From Alphaproteobacteria bacterium (GTDB taxonomy: Bacteria; Pseudomonadota; Alphaproteobacteria; MPNO01; UBA830), in contig OZ251539.1 in NCBI GenBank assembly GCA_965243135.1, positions 5,504,001 to 5,568,000 on the forward strand: DNA of 64,000 bases, read 5' to 3'. Positions within the stretch are counted from its first letter, which is position 1; each line of letters begins with the position of its first letter. The notes beneath the pieces are model-generated. The model did no database searches, was not told the DNA's origin, and worked only from the letters and a program-made list of their open reading frames with translations. Made by a program: the position numbers and the translations under genes. This document shows, piece after piece, positions 28,651-36,881 of the stretch.

Positions 28651-29010
28651 ACCGCTTGATGCCAGACGCACCAGCTCCCCTCGCGCCTTGTTCAGACTCC
28701 GCAAGCTGATTCGTTGGAAGCCGAGCACTTCCTTGATTTAGCCATTGGGCACCTCGGACAGCCACTTGCGTTGCGCGGGCTGCTCCCGGCCCGTCGGCGT
28801 CGCCAGCTTCTTGACCATTCGATGCGTTGCCGGGTGTGTCTTCGCATCCCGCCACCCGCTTGCCTCGCGCTATGCGCCCTCCGCGGACTTCCAGCTCCGA
28901 CAAGTCCCGCTCGTTGCAGTACCCGGCAAGCACCATCTCGGGCCGCGCGTCGAACCTGTCCTTGGCCTCATCGAGCAACCCCACCATCGCGCCCGAGTTG
29001 ACAGGGCATC
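28650..29010 (-). mobile_element. IS1182-family transposase C-terminal relic
   Basis: MVGLLDEAKDRFDARPEMVLAGYCNERDL; THPATHRMVKKLATP...RKWLSEVPNG*IKEVLGFQRISLRSLNKARGE. Confidence 0.65.
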
Positions 29011-29215
29011 GTTTTCTACGGCGCAGACGGGGCGGAGAGCCTTTGCCGCTGTCGCGCCGGATGTCCCCGTGTGGGTTACTTTCCTGCGCCTGCCGCGGCG
29101 GCAGGGTCGGCGGCACCGGTTCGCCGTGCCGGGGATCAACCCGTTCGATTGACATCGTCCGCGTGTATCGGTAAAATATGGAACTGAACGAAGAATTGTC
29201 GAAGAGGAGAATGAA

Positions 29216-29710
29216 ATGCTATTTGACGTGCATCGATCCGTGATCGAGGATTTGGATGATATCCATGGCATCTGGGAGAAAATCGAAGAAGAAGAAAATA
29301 AGCCCGGTTTGAGAAATGCAAGCGGTTGTTACATTTTTTCGATAAAGCACGGAAATAACTTTAAACCTTGGTATGTCGGAAAAGCGGAAAAAACACGTTT
29401 TTCTACCGAAGTTTTCAATAAAAGAAATCAAAAAATGTGTCGGGATATTTTGAAAAAACCAGGAAAAATTAACCTGTTCTTGCTGCCAAAACTTACCCCT
29501 ACAGGAAGATTTGCAAGACCCCAACCTTCACGTCATATACAGCACCTAGAGGTGCACCTCATTAGTTGGGCTCTAAAGCGGAACGAGAATCTCTCCAATG
29601 TGCATTACGCCACAATATTCAGGGAGCTGGAAGTCCCAGGTCTCTTCAACGACGGTCCGGGTCAGCCGCCGTTAGAGGTCCAGGACCTCAAGCACACTCT
29701 TGGGCTTTAG
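29216..29710 (+). CDS. GIY-YIG-like nuclease domain protein, copy C
   Basis: GCYIF...WYVGKAEKTRF; GAGGAG RBS; paralog of B. Confidence 0.72.
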   Translation: MLFDVHRSVIEDLDDIHGIWEKIEEEENKPGLRNASGCYIFSIKHGNNFKPWYVGKAEKTRFSTEVFNKRNQKMCRDILKKPGKINLFLLPKLTPTGRFARPQPSRHIQHLEVHLISWALKRNENLSNVHYATIFRELEVPGLFNDGPGQPPLEVQDLKHTLGL

Positions 29711-29826
29711 GAGGGCAAAGTCAAAGCTGCGCCTTTCCCCAATTTCTTTGAGTTCCTCCGCCGCCGTAGCGTGACACTCAGTAGTCGAGCATGGCGATCA
29801 GCGTTTCCATGTGCGACACCGCACTT

Positions 29827-30390
29827 TCACGGTACCTTTACGACGATCTTGCACTGCGGCGGGGTATCGTTGCGAATCTTGAGATCGCAGTCCATCATTT
29901 CCGCTCCGTATTTCTCCCAGATATGGTCCTTCCACCCGTTCGTCGGGTCGTTTCGCGGCAGAATTCCCGTCTGCGCCTGCAAGAAAAGCCCGAGCAGCAA
30001 CAGGCATATCGCTGCGGCCGAGCCGCCCGCCAGAAACAGCCGCCTGTTGTCGTTCCGTTGCAGTTCCCGCCACCTGTCGAAATCCGCCGCGAACGCGCGG
30101 ATCCGCTTCTCGAGATCGGCCGCTGCCGCCTTGCCGTCGTCTTTCGGCGGCTCCGGCTCGGCCTGCTCCGCCGGCGCTTCGACCGCCTTCGCGAGCCCGG
30201 ACAGCGCCTCTCCGAGTTCCGCGAACCGCACCGCCATAAACTTCGCCGTCCGGGTCTCCGACGCGGCGAGCAGCGCCGAAACCTCCTCCAGCGCGCGCTC
30301 TCTTTCGTCCTTCGGAGCGTCCGCCGCCGCGGGCGGCGTTCCCCCGAGATCGGCCGGCCGGGGCGGCGGCGGAGCGGGTTCCTCAGCCAC
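29827..30390 (-). CDS. Membrane-anchored hypothetical protein, last gene of the transfer operon
   Basis: Coiled coil, one TM helix, C-terminal DPTNGWKDHIW..YG...DC; overlaps the T4CP stop. Confidence 0.7.
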   Translation of the reverse strand: MAEEPAPPPPRPADLGGTPPAAADAPKDERERALEEVSALLAASETRTAKFMAVRFAELGEALSGLAKAVEAPAEQAEPEPPKDDGKAAAADLEKRIRAFAADFDRWRELQRNDNRRLFLAGGSAAAICLLLLGLFLQAQTGILPRNDPTNGWKDHIWEKYGAEMMDCDLKIRNDTPPQCKIVVKVP

Positions 30391-32284
30391 GGCCGGCGGC
30401 CGCCGCCCGCTTGCGCAGGACGAACGGGTTGGGGTCGGCGAGCCGCCTTGCGTCGGGCCGCAGCCAGTAGCGGGCGTGGCGCAGATGCAGGGCGTCTCGC
30501 GGTACGTCCTTCGCGGCGGCGACGACGTACTGCTCGTCCGGCCCCATGGTCATCAGGTCGTCGGGGGCGACCAGGCGTTCCTTGACGACGGACAGGGTTT
30601 CCCCCCGGGACCGGGACGCCTCGAGAAGGCGGGATTCCTGGACCGTGCCGGAGACGTTTTCCGAGCGGTTCTCGAACGTCGCGCTGCCGATCGCCGCCGA
30701 CAGGTTCTCCGCGCCGGAGGCGTCCATGCGCGGGAAGCCGAGAATCTGGACGACCTCGGCGAGATGGACGAGGGTCCGGCAGCGTTCCGGGCCCCAGGTC
30801 GCCTCGAGGGCGCTGAGGCTCTGCGCGAAGCTCCAGAAGTGGATCCCGCGTCCGGCGGCGGTGTTGTAGGCGTCCATGACGGGCTGCAGGAAACCGAGGC
30901 GCGGCATCTCGTCGAGGATCAGGAGGAGGTCGCGTCCGAGGGCGCGGCGCGACGGGACCGCGTTCGGGATCGCGATCCAGAGCCTGATCCATCCCTTGAC
31001 GCGGTCGAGCGCCTCCTCGGGACAAACGACGAAGAGGTCGACGTCGCCGTCGGCGACGTCTTCCGGATCGAAGGTGGATTCCGAAGTGTGCGCCGCGAGT
31101 TCGGGATACGTCATGAAGGCGAGCTGGTTGGCGATCGTCGTGAAATTCGAGCCGCCTTCCTCCTTGCCGACGCGGGTTTCCCTCTCGACCGCCAGATGGG
31201 CGAGACCGCCGCAGAATGGCTCGGTCTCCTTCACGCGTCGTCCGAACATCTCCTGCTCCTTCGCGCCCTTCGACAGCAGCCCGTGGAGAAAGGCGAGGTT
31301 GCGTTTCTCCGGCGGCTCCCGGAAGCGGACCCAGGCCATGTATCCGGCGATCAGCGACCGCGCCGACTCGTAGAAATGCCGCGAGTTGCCCTGCTCGTTC
31401 GCGGGCGGCGTCAGCAGGGCGTCGAGCAGGACGTCGATGTCGCGGACGGCGGCCGCCTCGTCGTCGCGGATGAAGTCGAACGGGTTGTAGCGGGCGGATT
31501 CCGCGTCCGGGAGATGCAGCGCCTCGCCGAACTGCGCCGCATGGTTGGCGACGACGCCGAAGGGGTCCAGAAGGATCGGGCGGCGGCCCATCTCGCGCCT
31601 GCGGCGGGCGACGACGCAGAACGTCTCGCCCCTCGGGTCGACGAGCACGGTCGAGCCGGGCCAGCCCCTGCCGCCGGGCGACAGGTAGTTGAGGGCGATT
31701 TCCGCGCCCTTGCCCGCGCGCGGCGGCGCGACGGTGAGGGCGCATCCTTCCATGTTCCAGGCGATCAGGGGCGAGGAGGCGCCCGGCCCGCGCTGGCCGA
31801 GCAGGATGCCGCGGCGCCTGGAGAGCTCCCGCATGTGGGAAGGGCCGAGAAGGCGGGCCTTGCCGTAGAGGTCCGACCGGGCGGGTTTCCTGCGCTCTCC
31901 GCGGCGCAGCCCGGCCGCGTCCGCCAGCGCCTCGGCCCACAGCCACAGCGCGGCGGCGGCGACCGCCGGCGAGGCCGCGACGGCGAGATCGGGGACGTCG
32001 AGGCGGTGAAGGGAAGACAGCCACGCGGCGGGACGGTCGCGAAGGGCGGGCAGGACGCCGGTCCATGCCGTCGCCGCCGCTGCGGCGAACGTCGCCGCGT
32101 GCAGCGACAGGCGCGGCGCCGCCGCCTTCCTGCCGAACGCCGCGAGGGAGGCGGCGGCGAACGGGGCCAGCGCGGCGGCCGCCGCCGCGACGGAGGGATC
32201 GCCCCGCAAGAGCCACGCGGCCCATCCGAGGCCGGCGAGGCCCGGCAAGGCGATCGCCGCGCGCGTCAGCGCCGGCCGGCGCAA
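30383..32284 (-). CDS. virD4: VirD4/TraG-type type IV coupling protein
   Basis: N-terminal TMs, LYGKARL, VAPPRAGKG (Walker A), VDPRGE, RYNPFD, LILDEMPRLG, QSLSAL; start (TTG 32284 or CTG 32269) uncertain. Confidence 0.88.
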   Translation of the reverse strand: MRRPALTRAAIALPGLAGLGWAAWLLRGDPSVAAAAAALAPFAAASLAAFGRKAAAPRLSLHAATFAAAAATAWTGVLPALRDRPAAWLSSLHRLDVPDLAVAASPAVAAAALWLWAEALADAAGLRRGERRKPARSDLYGKARLLGPSHMRELSRRRGILLGQRGPGASSPLIAWNMEGCALTVAPPRAGKGAEIALNYLSPGGRGWPGSTVLVDPRGETFCVVARRRREMGRRPILLDPFGVVANHAAQFGEALHLPDAESARYNPFDFIRDDEAAAVRDIDVLLDALLTPPANEQGNSRHFYESARSLIAGYMAWVRFREPPEKRNLAFLHGLLSKGAKEQEMFGRRVKETEPFCGGLAHLAVERETRVGKEEGGSNFTTIANQLAFMTYPELAAHTSESTFDPEDVADGDVDLFVVCPEEALDRVKGWIRLWIAIPNAVPSRRALGRDLLLILDEMPRLGFLQPVMDAYNTAAGRGIHFWSFAQSLSALEATWGPERCRTLVHLAEVVQILGFPRMDASGAENLSAAIGSATFENRSENVSGTVQESRLLEASRSRGETLSVVKERLVAPDDLMTMGPDEQYVVAAAKDVPRDALHLRHARYWLRPDARRLADPNPFVLRKRAAAAGRG

Positions 32285-32739
32285 TCGAGGATCCTGCGGC
32301 GGGCCTCGGCGTTTTCCGCCTCCGGGATGCGGTTCCAGAGCGAATTGTGGCCGTTCGAGACGAGGGCGCCGTTGCGGAAGGCGTGGTCGACGAGTGCGCG
32401 CACGGTTTCGTCGTCGCCGACCACGGGGTCGTGGAAGCCGGAGCGCGGGCCCGCTCGCACCACCGGCCCCAGCCGGAGGATCCGCCCGTCCGGCGCGCGG
32501 ACCGCGGCCTGGACCGGCTTGCCGTCCGGGAAGCCGCCGAAGTACAGCCTCGCTTCGAGGTCGCCCGTCCGGCAGACCGCGGCGAGGCCGACGCGGGAGG
32601 GCGGCAGCGGCGCGTCGAAGCCGACCGCGAGGGTGCGCCCGTCGTCGGCGTAGATCCTCATGGCGTCGGCCTCGGGCGTCGGGGTCTGCGCCGCGGCGGG
32701 GGTCGCGGCGAGAAGGAGGGCGGCGAGGGTCCGGAGCAT
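32266..32739 (-). CDS. Secreted hypothetical protein
   Basis: Signal peptide; operonic. Confidence 0.7.
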   Translation of the reverse strand: MLRTLAALLLAATPAAAQTPTPEADAMRIYADDGRTLAVGFDAPLPPSRVGLAAVCRTGDLEARLYFGGFPDGKPVQAAVRAPDGRILRLGPVVRAGPRSGFHDPVVGDDETVRALVDHAFRNGALVSNGHNSLWNRIPEAENAEARRRILDCAGRR

Positions 32740-32742
32740 TCC

Positions 32743-34956
32743 TCAGTTCCGCGGCCCGGCGCCGGCCCGGCGCAGCGACCCGACCCGGAGCCCGCCCAGC
32801 CGGCCGACGCCGCCGGTGACGGCGCCCAGGAGGCGGTCGGCGCCGCCGTCCTCCCGGACCCGCCCGCCGATCCATTCCATGGCGGCGGCGGGCAGGCCGT
32901 CGATCAGCTTGAACGAGGCGTTCAGGAGCGCCCACGCGGTCATGACGTAGATCGCCAGATACGCGAGGTAGCCGACGATGCCGAAGCCGTCCGAAGCGTT
33001 CGCGTCCCGGAGCTGGGGCTTCCAGACCTCGTTGAACAGCCCCATCGCGGCGAGGAACACGAAATATCCCGCGACCAGCCCGAGCAGCATCAGGGGCGGG
33101 CGGAGGATCAGGCCGGGCAGGAACAGCCAGCCCTGGCGGGTGGCGGGCAGGACGAAGCCGTCGCCGCGCGAGACGTGCGCGGCGAGGAAGACCGTGACGG
33201 CGAAGACCGCCGCGGCGACGTCGACGACCCAGGCGACCGTCCCGAACAGGAACCGCACGAAGGGGATCGCCGGAAGGACGTAGGCGAGGACGGCGCCGGC
33301 GACGAGGAGGATCGAGAGGATGGTGGAGACGAAGAAGTCCGCCACCTGCCAGCCGTGTCCGAACAGGTCGAGGCCGCGTCCGAGAAAGGGCACGGCCTGG
33401 AATCCCCCGGAGACGGTCGCGGCGGCGGCGAGGGCCGACAGCGCGGCCAGGGCGTTGCCGAGGATCTCGTGGCCGTACCCCGCGAGGTCGGCGACGGGGT
33501 TTCCGCTGTCCGGAATGGCCGCGTCGTCGATCGAGAGCCAGTCGAAGAACCCCCTGCCGACGCCGCCGTCGCCTCCGGAGGAGGGCAGGGCGCCGCCGCC
33601 GAAGACCACCGGCTTCCAGCCGCGGGTCTGGGCGAGGGCGACGGTGAGGGCTTGCACGGCCGCGGCGGCGGGCGGCGAGGCGCCCTCGAGGCTGCCGGAC
33701 GGCAGCGCCACGTCGGGGATGCCGTAGGCCGCGGCCTGGAAGCGGCCGGTCCGCCGGGCGAGCGTGTTGAAGAAGGCCGCTGCGGCGAGCCAGCCCCGGC
33801 GCTCCGCGTCCTCGGCGACGGCGCGTTCGAGGGCGTCGCGCTCGTCGCCGGCCGCCTTCCGGAGCCGGGCGTCGAGGACGCGGGCGTACCCGTCCGCGAT
33901 CCCTTCGAGAAAGGCGTCGAGGTCCGGAAGCGGATGCCCGTAGACCGGGCTTCCGGGGACGAAACGGTCGCCGAGGCGGGCCGCGCGCTCGCGCAGGACC
34001 GTCGTCCTGAGCCCTTCGAGAGCGGCGAGATGGGCGCGGGCCGCGTCGCCGCGCGGCCCTTCGGCGGGCGCGTACCCGTCCTGGTCGAGCATGTCGAAGC
34101 CGAACGCCGAGCTGCGGTCGACGCCCGGCTTGCGGGCGTGGACGCCGGCGTAGCGGACGGCGCCGCACATGTTTCCGGGGAGTCCGCGGCGGTCGCCGTC
34201 GTAACGCACGACGCGGGCGGTCCTTTCGTCCGCGGTTCGAACGACCACGCGCCGGGAGCGGGCGTTGGCGACGCGCAGGCAGACTTCGGCGATCAGCGCG
34301 CGGGATACGGCGGCGCGCCACGCCGCGGCCCGCGGGCGCGGCGCGACCGGCTTGCCGCCGCGCAGCGCGTCGGCGGAAAAGGGCGTCCACACCGCGGTCG
34401 CGAAGTCGCCGCCGAGATGGGCGAGGCCGACGACGACGTGCTGGCCGCCGTTCATGCCGCCGGGAAGGGGGGTCATCAGGGCGACGGCGAGGACGATCCG
34501 CAGGATCTCCCGGCCGCCGAGGCCGAGGCGGCCCTCGCGCGCCGTGTCGACCGTGCCGGCGACGACGTGCCAGATCAGGAGGAAGCCGGCGAGGACGAGG
34601 ACGGCGGCGTTGAAGGCGAAGAGCATGCCGCCCAGCGCGGAGCCGCGTTCCGTCCGCAGGTCCGCCAGGAAGGAGAGCAGCCTGCGGGTTCCGGCGTCCT
34701 CCTCCGCGAAGACGGCCGGCGTCTGGGCCCCCGCGGCGGCGGCGGCGAACGCCAGCAGCGCCGTCCCGAGAAGGACGATCGCGGCGCCGGACAGGGCGCG
34801 GGCGCGGAGTCCGCGGGCGAGCGGATTGCGCCATTCCGTCTTCGGCGCGGGGGCGAGCGCGCCGGCCAGCGCGCCGAGCCGCGCCGCCGACCTCCGGACG
34901 TCGCGCAGCGCGCGGCCGAACTCCGGCAGGAACAGGAGCCGCAGCAGCGCCCGCAT
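32743..34956 (-). CDS. traY: DotA/TraY-like integral membrane protein
   Basis: GTVDTAREG, LAYVLPAIPFVRF, LILRPPLMLLG, FKLIDGLPAAAMEWIGG; TGATG coupling. Confidence 0.85.
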   Translation of the reverse strand: MRALLRLLFLPEFGRALRDVRRSAARLGALAGALAPAPKTEWRNPLARGLRARALSGAAIVLLGTALLAFAAAAAGAQTPAVFAEEDAGTRRLLSFLADLRTERGSALGGMLFAFNAAVLVLAGFLLIWHVVAGTVDTAREGRLGLGGREILRIVLAVALMTPLPGGMNGGQHVVVGLAHLGGDFATAVWTPFSADALRGGKPVAPRPRAAAWRAAVSRALIAEVCLRVANARSRRVVVRTADERTARVVRYDGDRRGLPGNMCGAVRYAGVHARKPGVDRSSAFGFDMLDQDGYAPAEGPRGDAARAHLAALEGLRTTVLRERAARLGDRFVPGSPVYGHPLPDLDAFLEGIADGYARVLDARLRKAAGDERDALERAVAEDAERRGWLAAAAFFNTLARRTGRFQAAAYGIPDVALPSGSLEGASPPAAAAVQALTVALAQTRGWKPVVFGGGALPSSGGDGGVGRGFFDWLSIDDAAIPDSGNPVADLAGYGHEILGNALAALSALAAAATVSGGFQAVPFLGRGLDLFGHGWQVADFFVSTILSILLVAGAVLAYVLPAIPFVRFLFGTVAWVVDVAAAVFAVTVFLAAHVSRGDGFVLPATRQGWLFLPGLILRPPLMLLGLVAGYFVFLAAMGLFNEVWKPQLRDANASDGFGIVGYLAYLAIYVMTAWALLNASFKLIDGLPAAAMEWIGGRVREDGGADRLLGAVTGGVGRLGGLRVGSLRRAGAGPRN

Positions 34957-36107
34957 CAGTTCGCGGCGGCGGCGGGGTTGCCGAGCCCCGGCAACGCGCG
35001 CATCTCCTCGGCGCCGAGGGCGAGGCGGGCGGCGTCGATCGCTCCGCGGCGCTCGTCGAGGCGGAAGCGCTGCCAGTCCAGCTGCAGCTGGAGGCTCAGC
35101 GCGACCGCGATCTCGCGCAGCAGGTTCTCGGCGCCCATGGCCTGGAGCCCGACCGCCCACGCCGGATCCTCGAAGCGGCGGGCGGCCAGCAGTTCGAGGA
35201 GTTCGTAGCGGCTGACCGGCTTCGCCGGATCGCGCGCGCCGGGCGCGACCGCCTCGGCCCAGGCTCCGAGATCGGCGGCCGGCGCGCGCAGCGCCCGCAG
35301 CGCGGCGTAGTAGTCCGCCGCGAGCGCGGTCCGGGCGTCGGCCGAACGTCCCAGCAGAACGAGGCGCCGCTCCTCGGCCGTTTCCGCGGAGGAGAGCGGC
35401 GGCGGGTCGTGAACCACGGGCGACGCCAGGTTGCGCGCGAGTTCGACGGCGGCGCGAAGCTCGTCCTGCGACGCGATCGTCCTGCGGTCGAAAAGCGTTT
35501 CGCCGGCCTTCAGGTCGGCGGCGTGCAGGGCTTCGCTTCCCTTGCAGGCGGCGTCGCCGGCGCGGTCCGCGTTGCACCAGGCGGAGGTCACCGCGCCGAA
35601 CCGCGCGTCGGCGTCGGCGGCCGCGCCGGGAACCGCGGCCACGGCGCGGTCGTTGGCGATGCGCCCGGTCTCGACCCGGCCGGCGGACAGGCGGGCCGCC
35701 TCGGCGGCGGCGCGGGCGGAGCGCAGCCCGGCGGCGCCGGTCGCGACCGCGCAGGCGTTCGCCGAAGGCGCGCGGGCGCGCATGGCGCGGGTCTCCTCCA
35801 CTTCCCGGGCGGTCTGCGCCTGGAGCCGGGTCTGCGCCGACAGCGCCTGCGTCAGCGCCCTGGCCGATTGCGCCTGGTAGCCGGTCTGCTGGGCGGTCTG
35901 GAGCCGGAGCGCCTCGACCACCCGCTCCTCCATGACGTCGATGCGGGCGGCGATTCGCGAGATGACGCGCACCGCCTCCCTGCGGTCGTCGTCGGTCGGA
36001 TCGCAGCGATGCGCGCCGGCCGGCGCGGCGCGCAGCAGCAGGACGAGAAGCGCGAGGAACGCGGCCGCGGCGGCGGCCGCCGGAAGCAGAAGCCGCAGCC
36101 AGCTCAC
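34956..36107 (-). CDS. TraW-like exported conjugation protein
   Basis: GTGA-coupled start, signal peptide, lies between traU and traY, SRYELL...RRFEDPAW. Confidence 0.5.
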   Translation of the reverse strand: MSWLRLLLPAAAAAAAFLALLVLLLRAAPAGAHRCDPTDDDRREAVRVISRIAARIDVMEERVVEALRLQTAQQTGYQAQSARALTQALSAQTRLQAQTAREVEETRAMRARAPSANACAVATGAAGLRSARAAAEAARLSAGRVETGRIANDRAVAAVPGAAADADARFGAVTSAWCNADRAGDAACKGSEALHAADLKAGETLFDRRTIASQDELRAAVELARNLASPVVHDPPPLSSAETAEERRLVLLGRSADARTALAADYYAALRALRAPAADLGAWAEAVAPGARDPAKPVSRYELLELLAARRFEDPAWAVGLQAMGAENLLREIAVALSLQLQLDWQRFRLDERRGAIDAARLALGAEEMRALPGLGNPAAAAN

Positions 36108-36562
36108 CGCCCGCCTCCGATCAGGCTGCGGAAGCGGTCGCCGCTCCCCGGCGGCGGGCGCGGCGCCGGGGCGTCGGCCGGCGCGGGCCGCAGCCCGGGA
36201 AGCCGGGGCGCCGCGTAGACGCCGGGGTCGAGCGTCCGCCCGAGATAGCGGCCGTAGGCCCGCCGCGCGGCGTCGCAGACCTTCCGCCGGAGAAGGCCGA
36301 GCGGGCGGCCGGGATCGTGGAACACGTGGAACCTCCGGTAGTCGAACAAGTCTCCCGCGCACGTGAAATCGAGGATGCTCTCGGGATTGCGGATCCCCTG
36401 CGCCGGATGGCGAACGATCGCCGCGTCGCGCTCGACGCCCCGCTTCGCGGCGGCGGCGATCGCGTCCGCGACCTGCGGGTCGCACGCCGGGTCGGCCGCC
36501 GCGGCCGCCGGGAACAGCAGCGCGGCCGCCGCCAGCGCGGCGAGTTCGGCGGGGAATTTCAT
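36104..36562 (-). CDS. Secreted Cys-containing hypothetical protein
   Basis: Signal peptide, coupled overlaps. Confidence 0.65.
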   Translation of the reverse strand: MKFPAELAALAAAALLFPAAAAADPACDPQVADAIAAAAKRGVERDAAIVRHPAQGIRNPESILDFTCAGDLFDYRRFHVFHDPGRPLGLLRRKVCDAARRAYGRYLGRTLDPGVYAAPRLPGLRPAPADAPAPRPPPGSGDRFRSLIGGGR

Positions 36563-36870
36563 CGTCCGGCGGCGCCGAGCGTTCGCGGGTTTCCCTCCCG
36601 GCCGCCGGCGACGGTTTCCCCGCGCCCGTTCCCGTCCTGCCCGTACCGCCCCCCGGCGGTCGCGGGCCTGCCTTTCGCGACGGCGCGCTCCGCCGTCCCG
36701 GCCCGGCCGCCGCGGGCGTCGGCGCGGCGGCCTCTCCGCGTCCCGGGCGTCCCGGGCGTCGCGGCGGCCGCGCCGCGCGACGGAAAACCGGGCGGCGCGG
36801 ACTCCCGGGGACGGCGCCCCGGATCGCCGTCGACCGGTCCGGAAAGAAAGCTCTCGTTGACGTCCGGCAT
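36559..36870 (-). CDS. Low-complexity hypothetical protein (103 aa)
   Basis: GGGAGA RBS; stop overlaps next ATG. Confidence 0.4.
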   Translation of the reverse strand: MPDVNESFLSGPVDGDPGRRPRESAPPGFPSRGAAAATPGTPGTRRGRRADARGGRAGTAERAVAKGRPATAGGRYGQDGNGRGETVAGGREGNPRTLGAAGR

Positions 36871-36881
36871 GATGATTCTCC

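Noticed and set aside
32285-34834. Long N-terminal extension making VirD4 a 1483-aa protein
   Set aside because: Alternative frame over traY and the 157-aa gene; coupled starts indicate a start near 32270-32284
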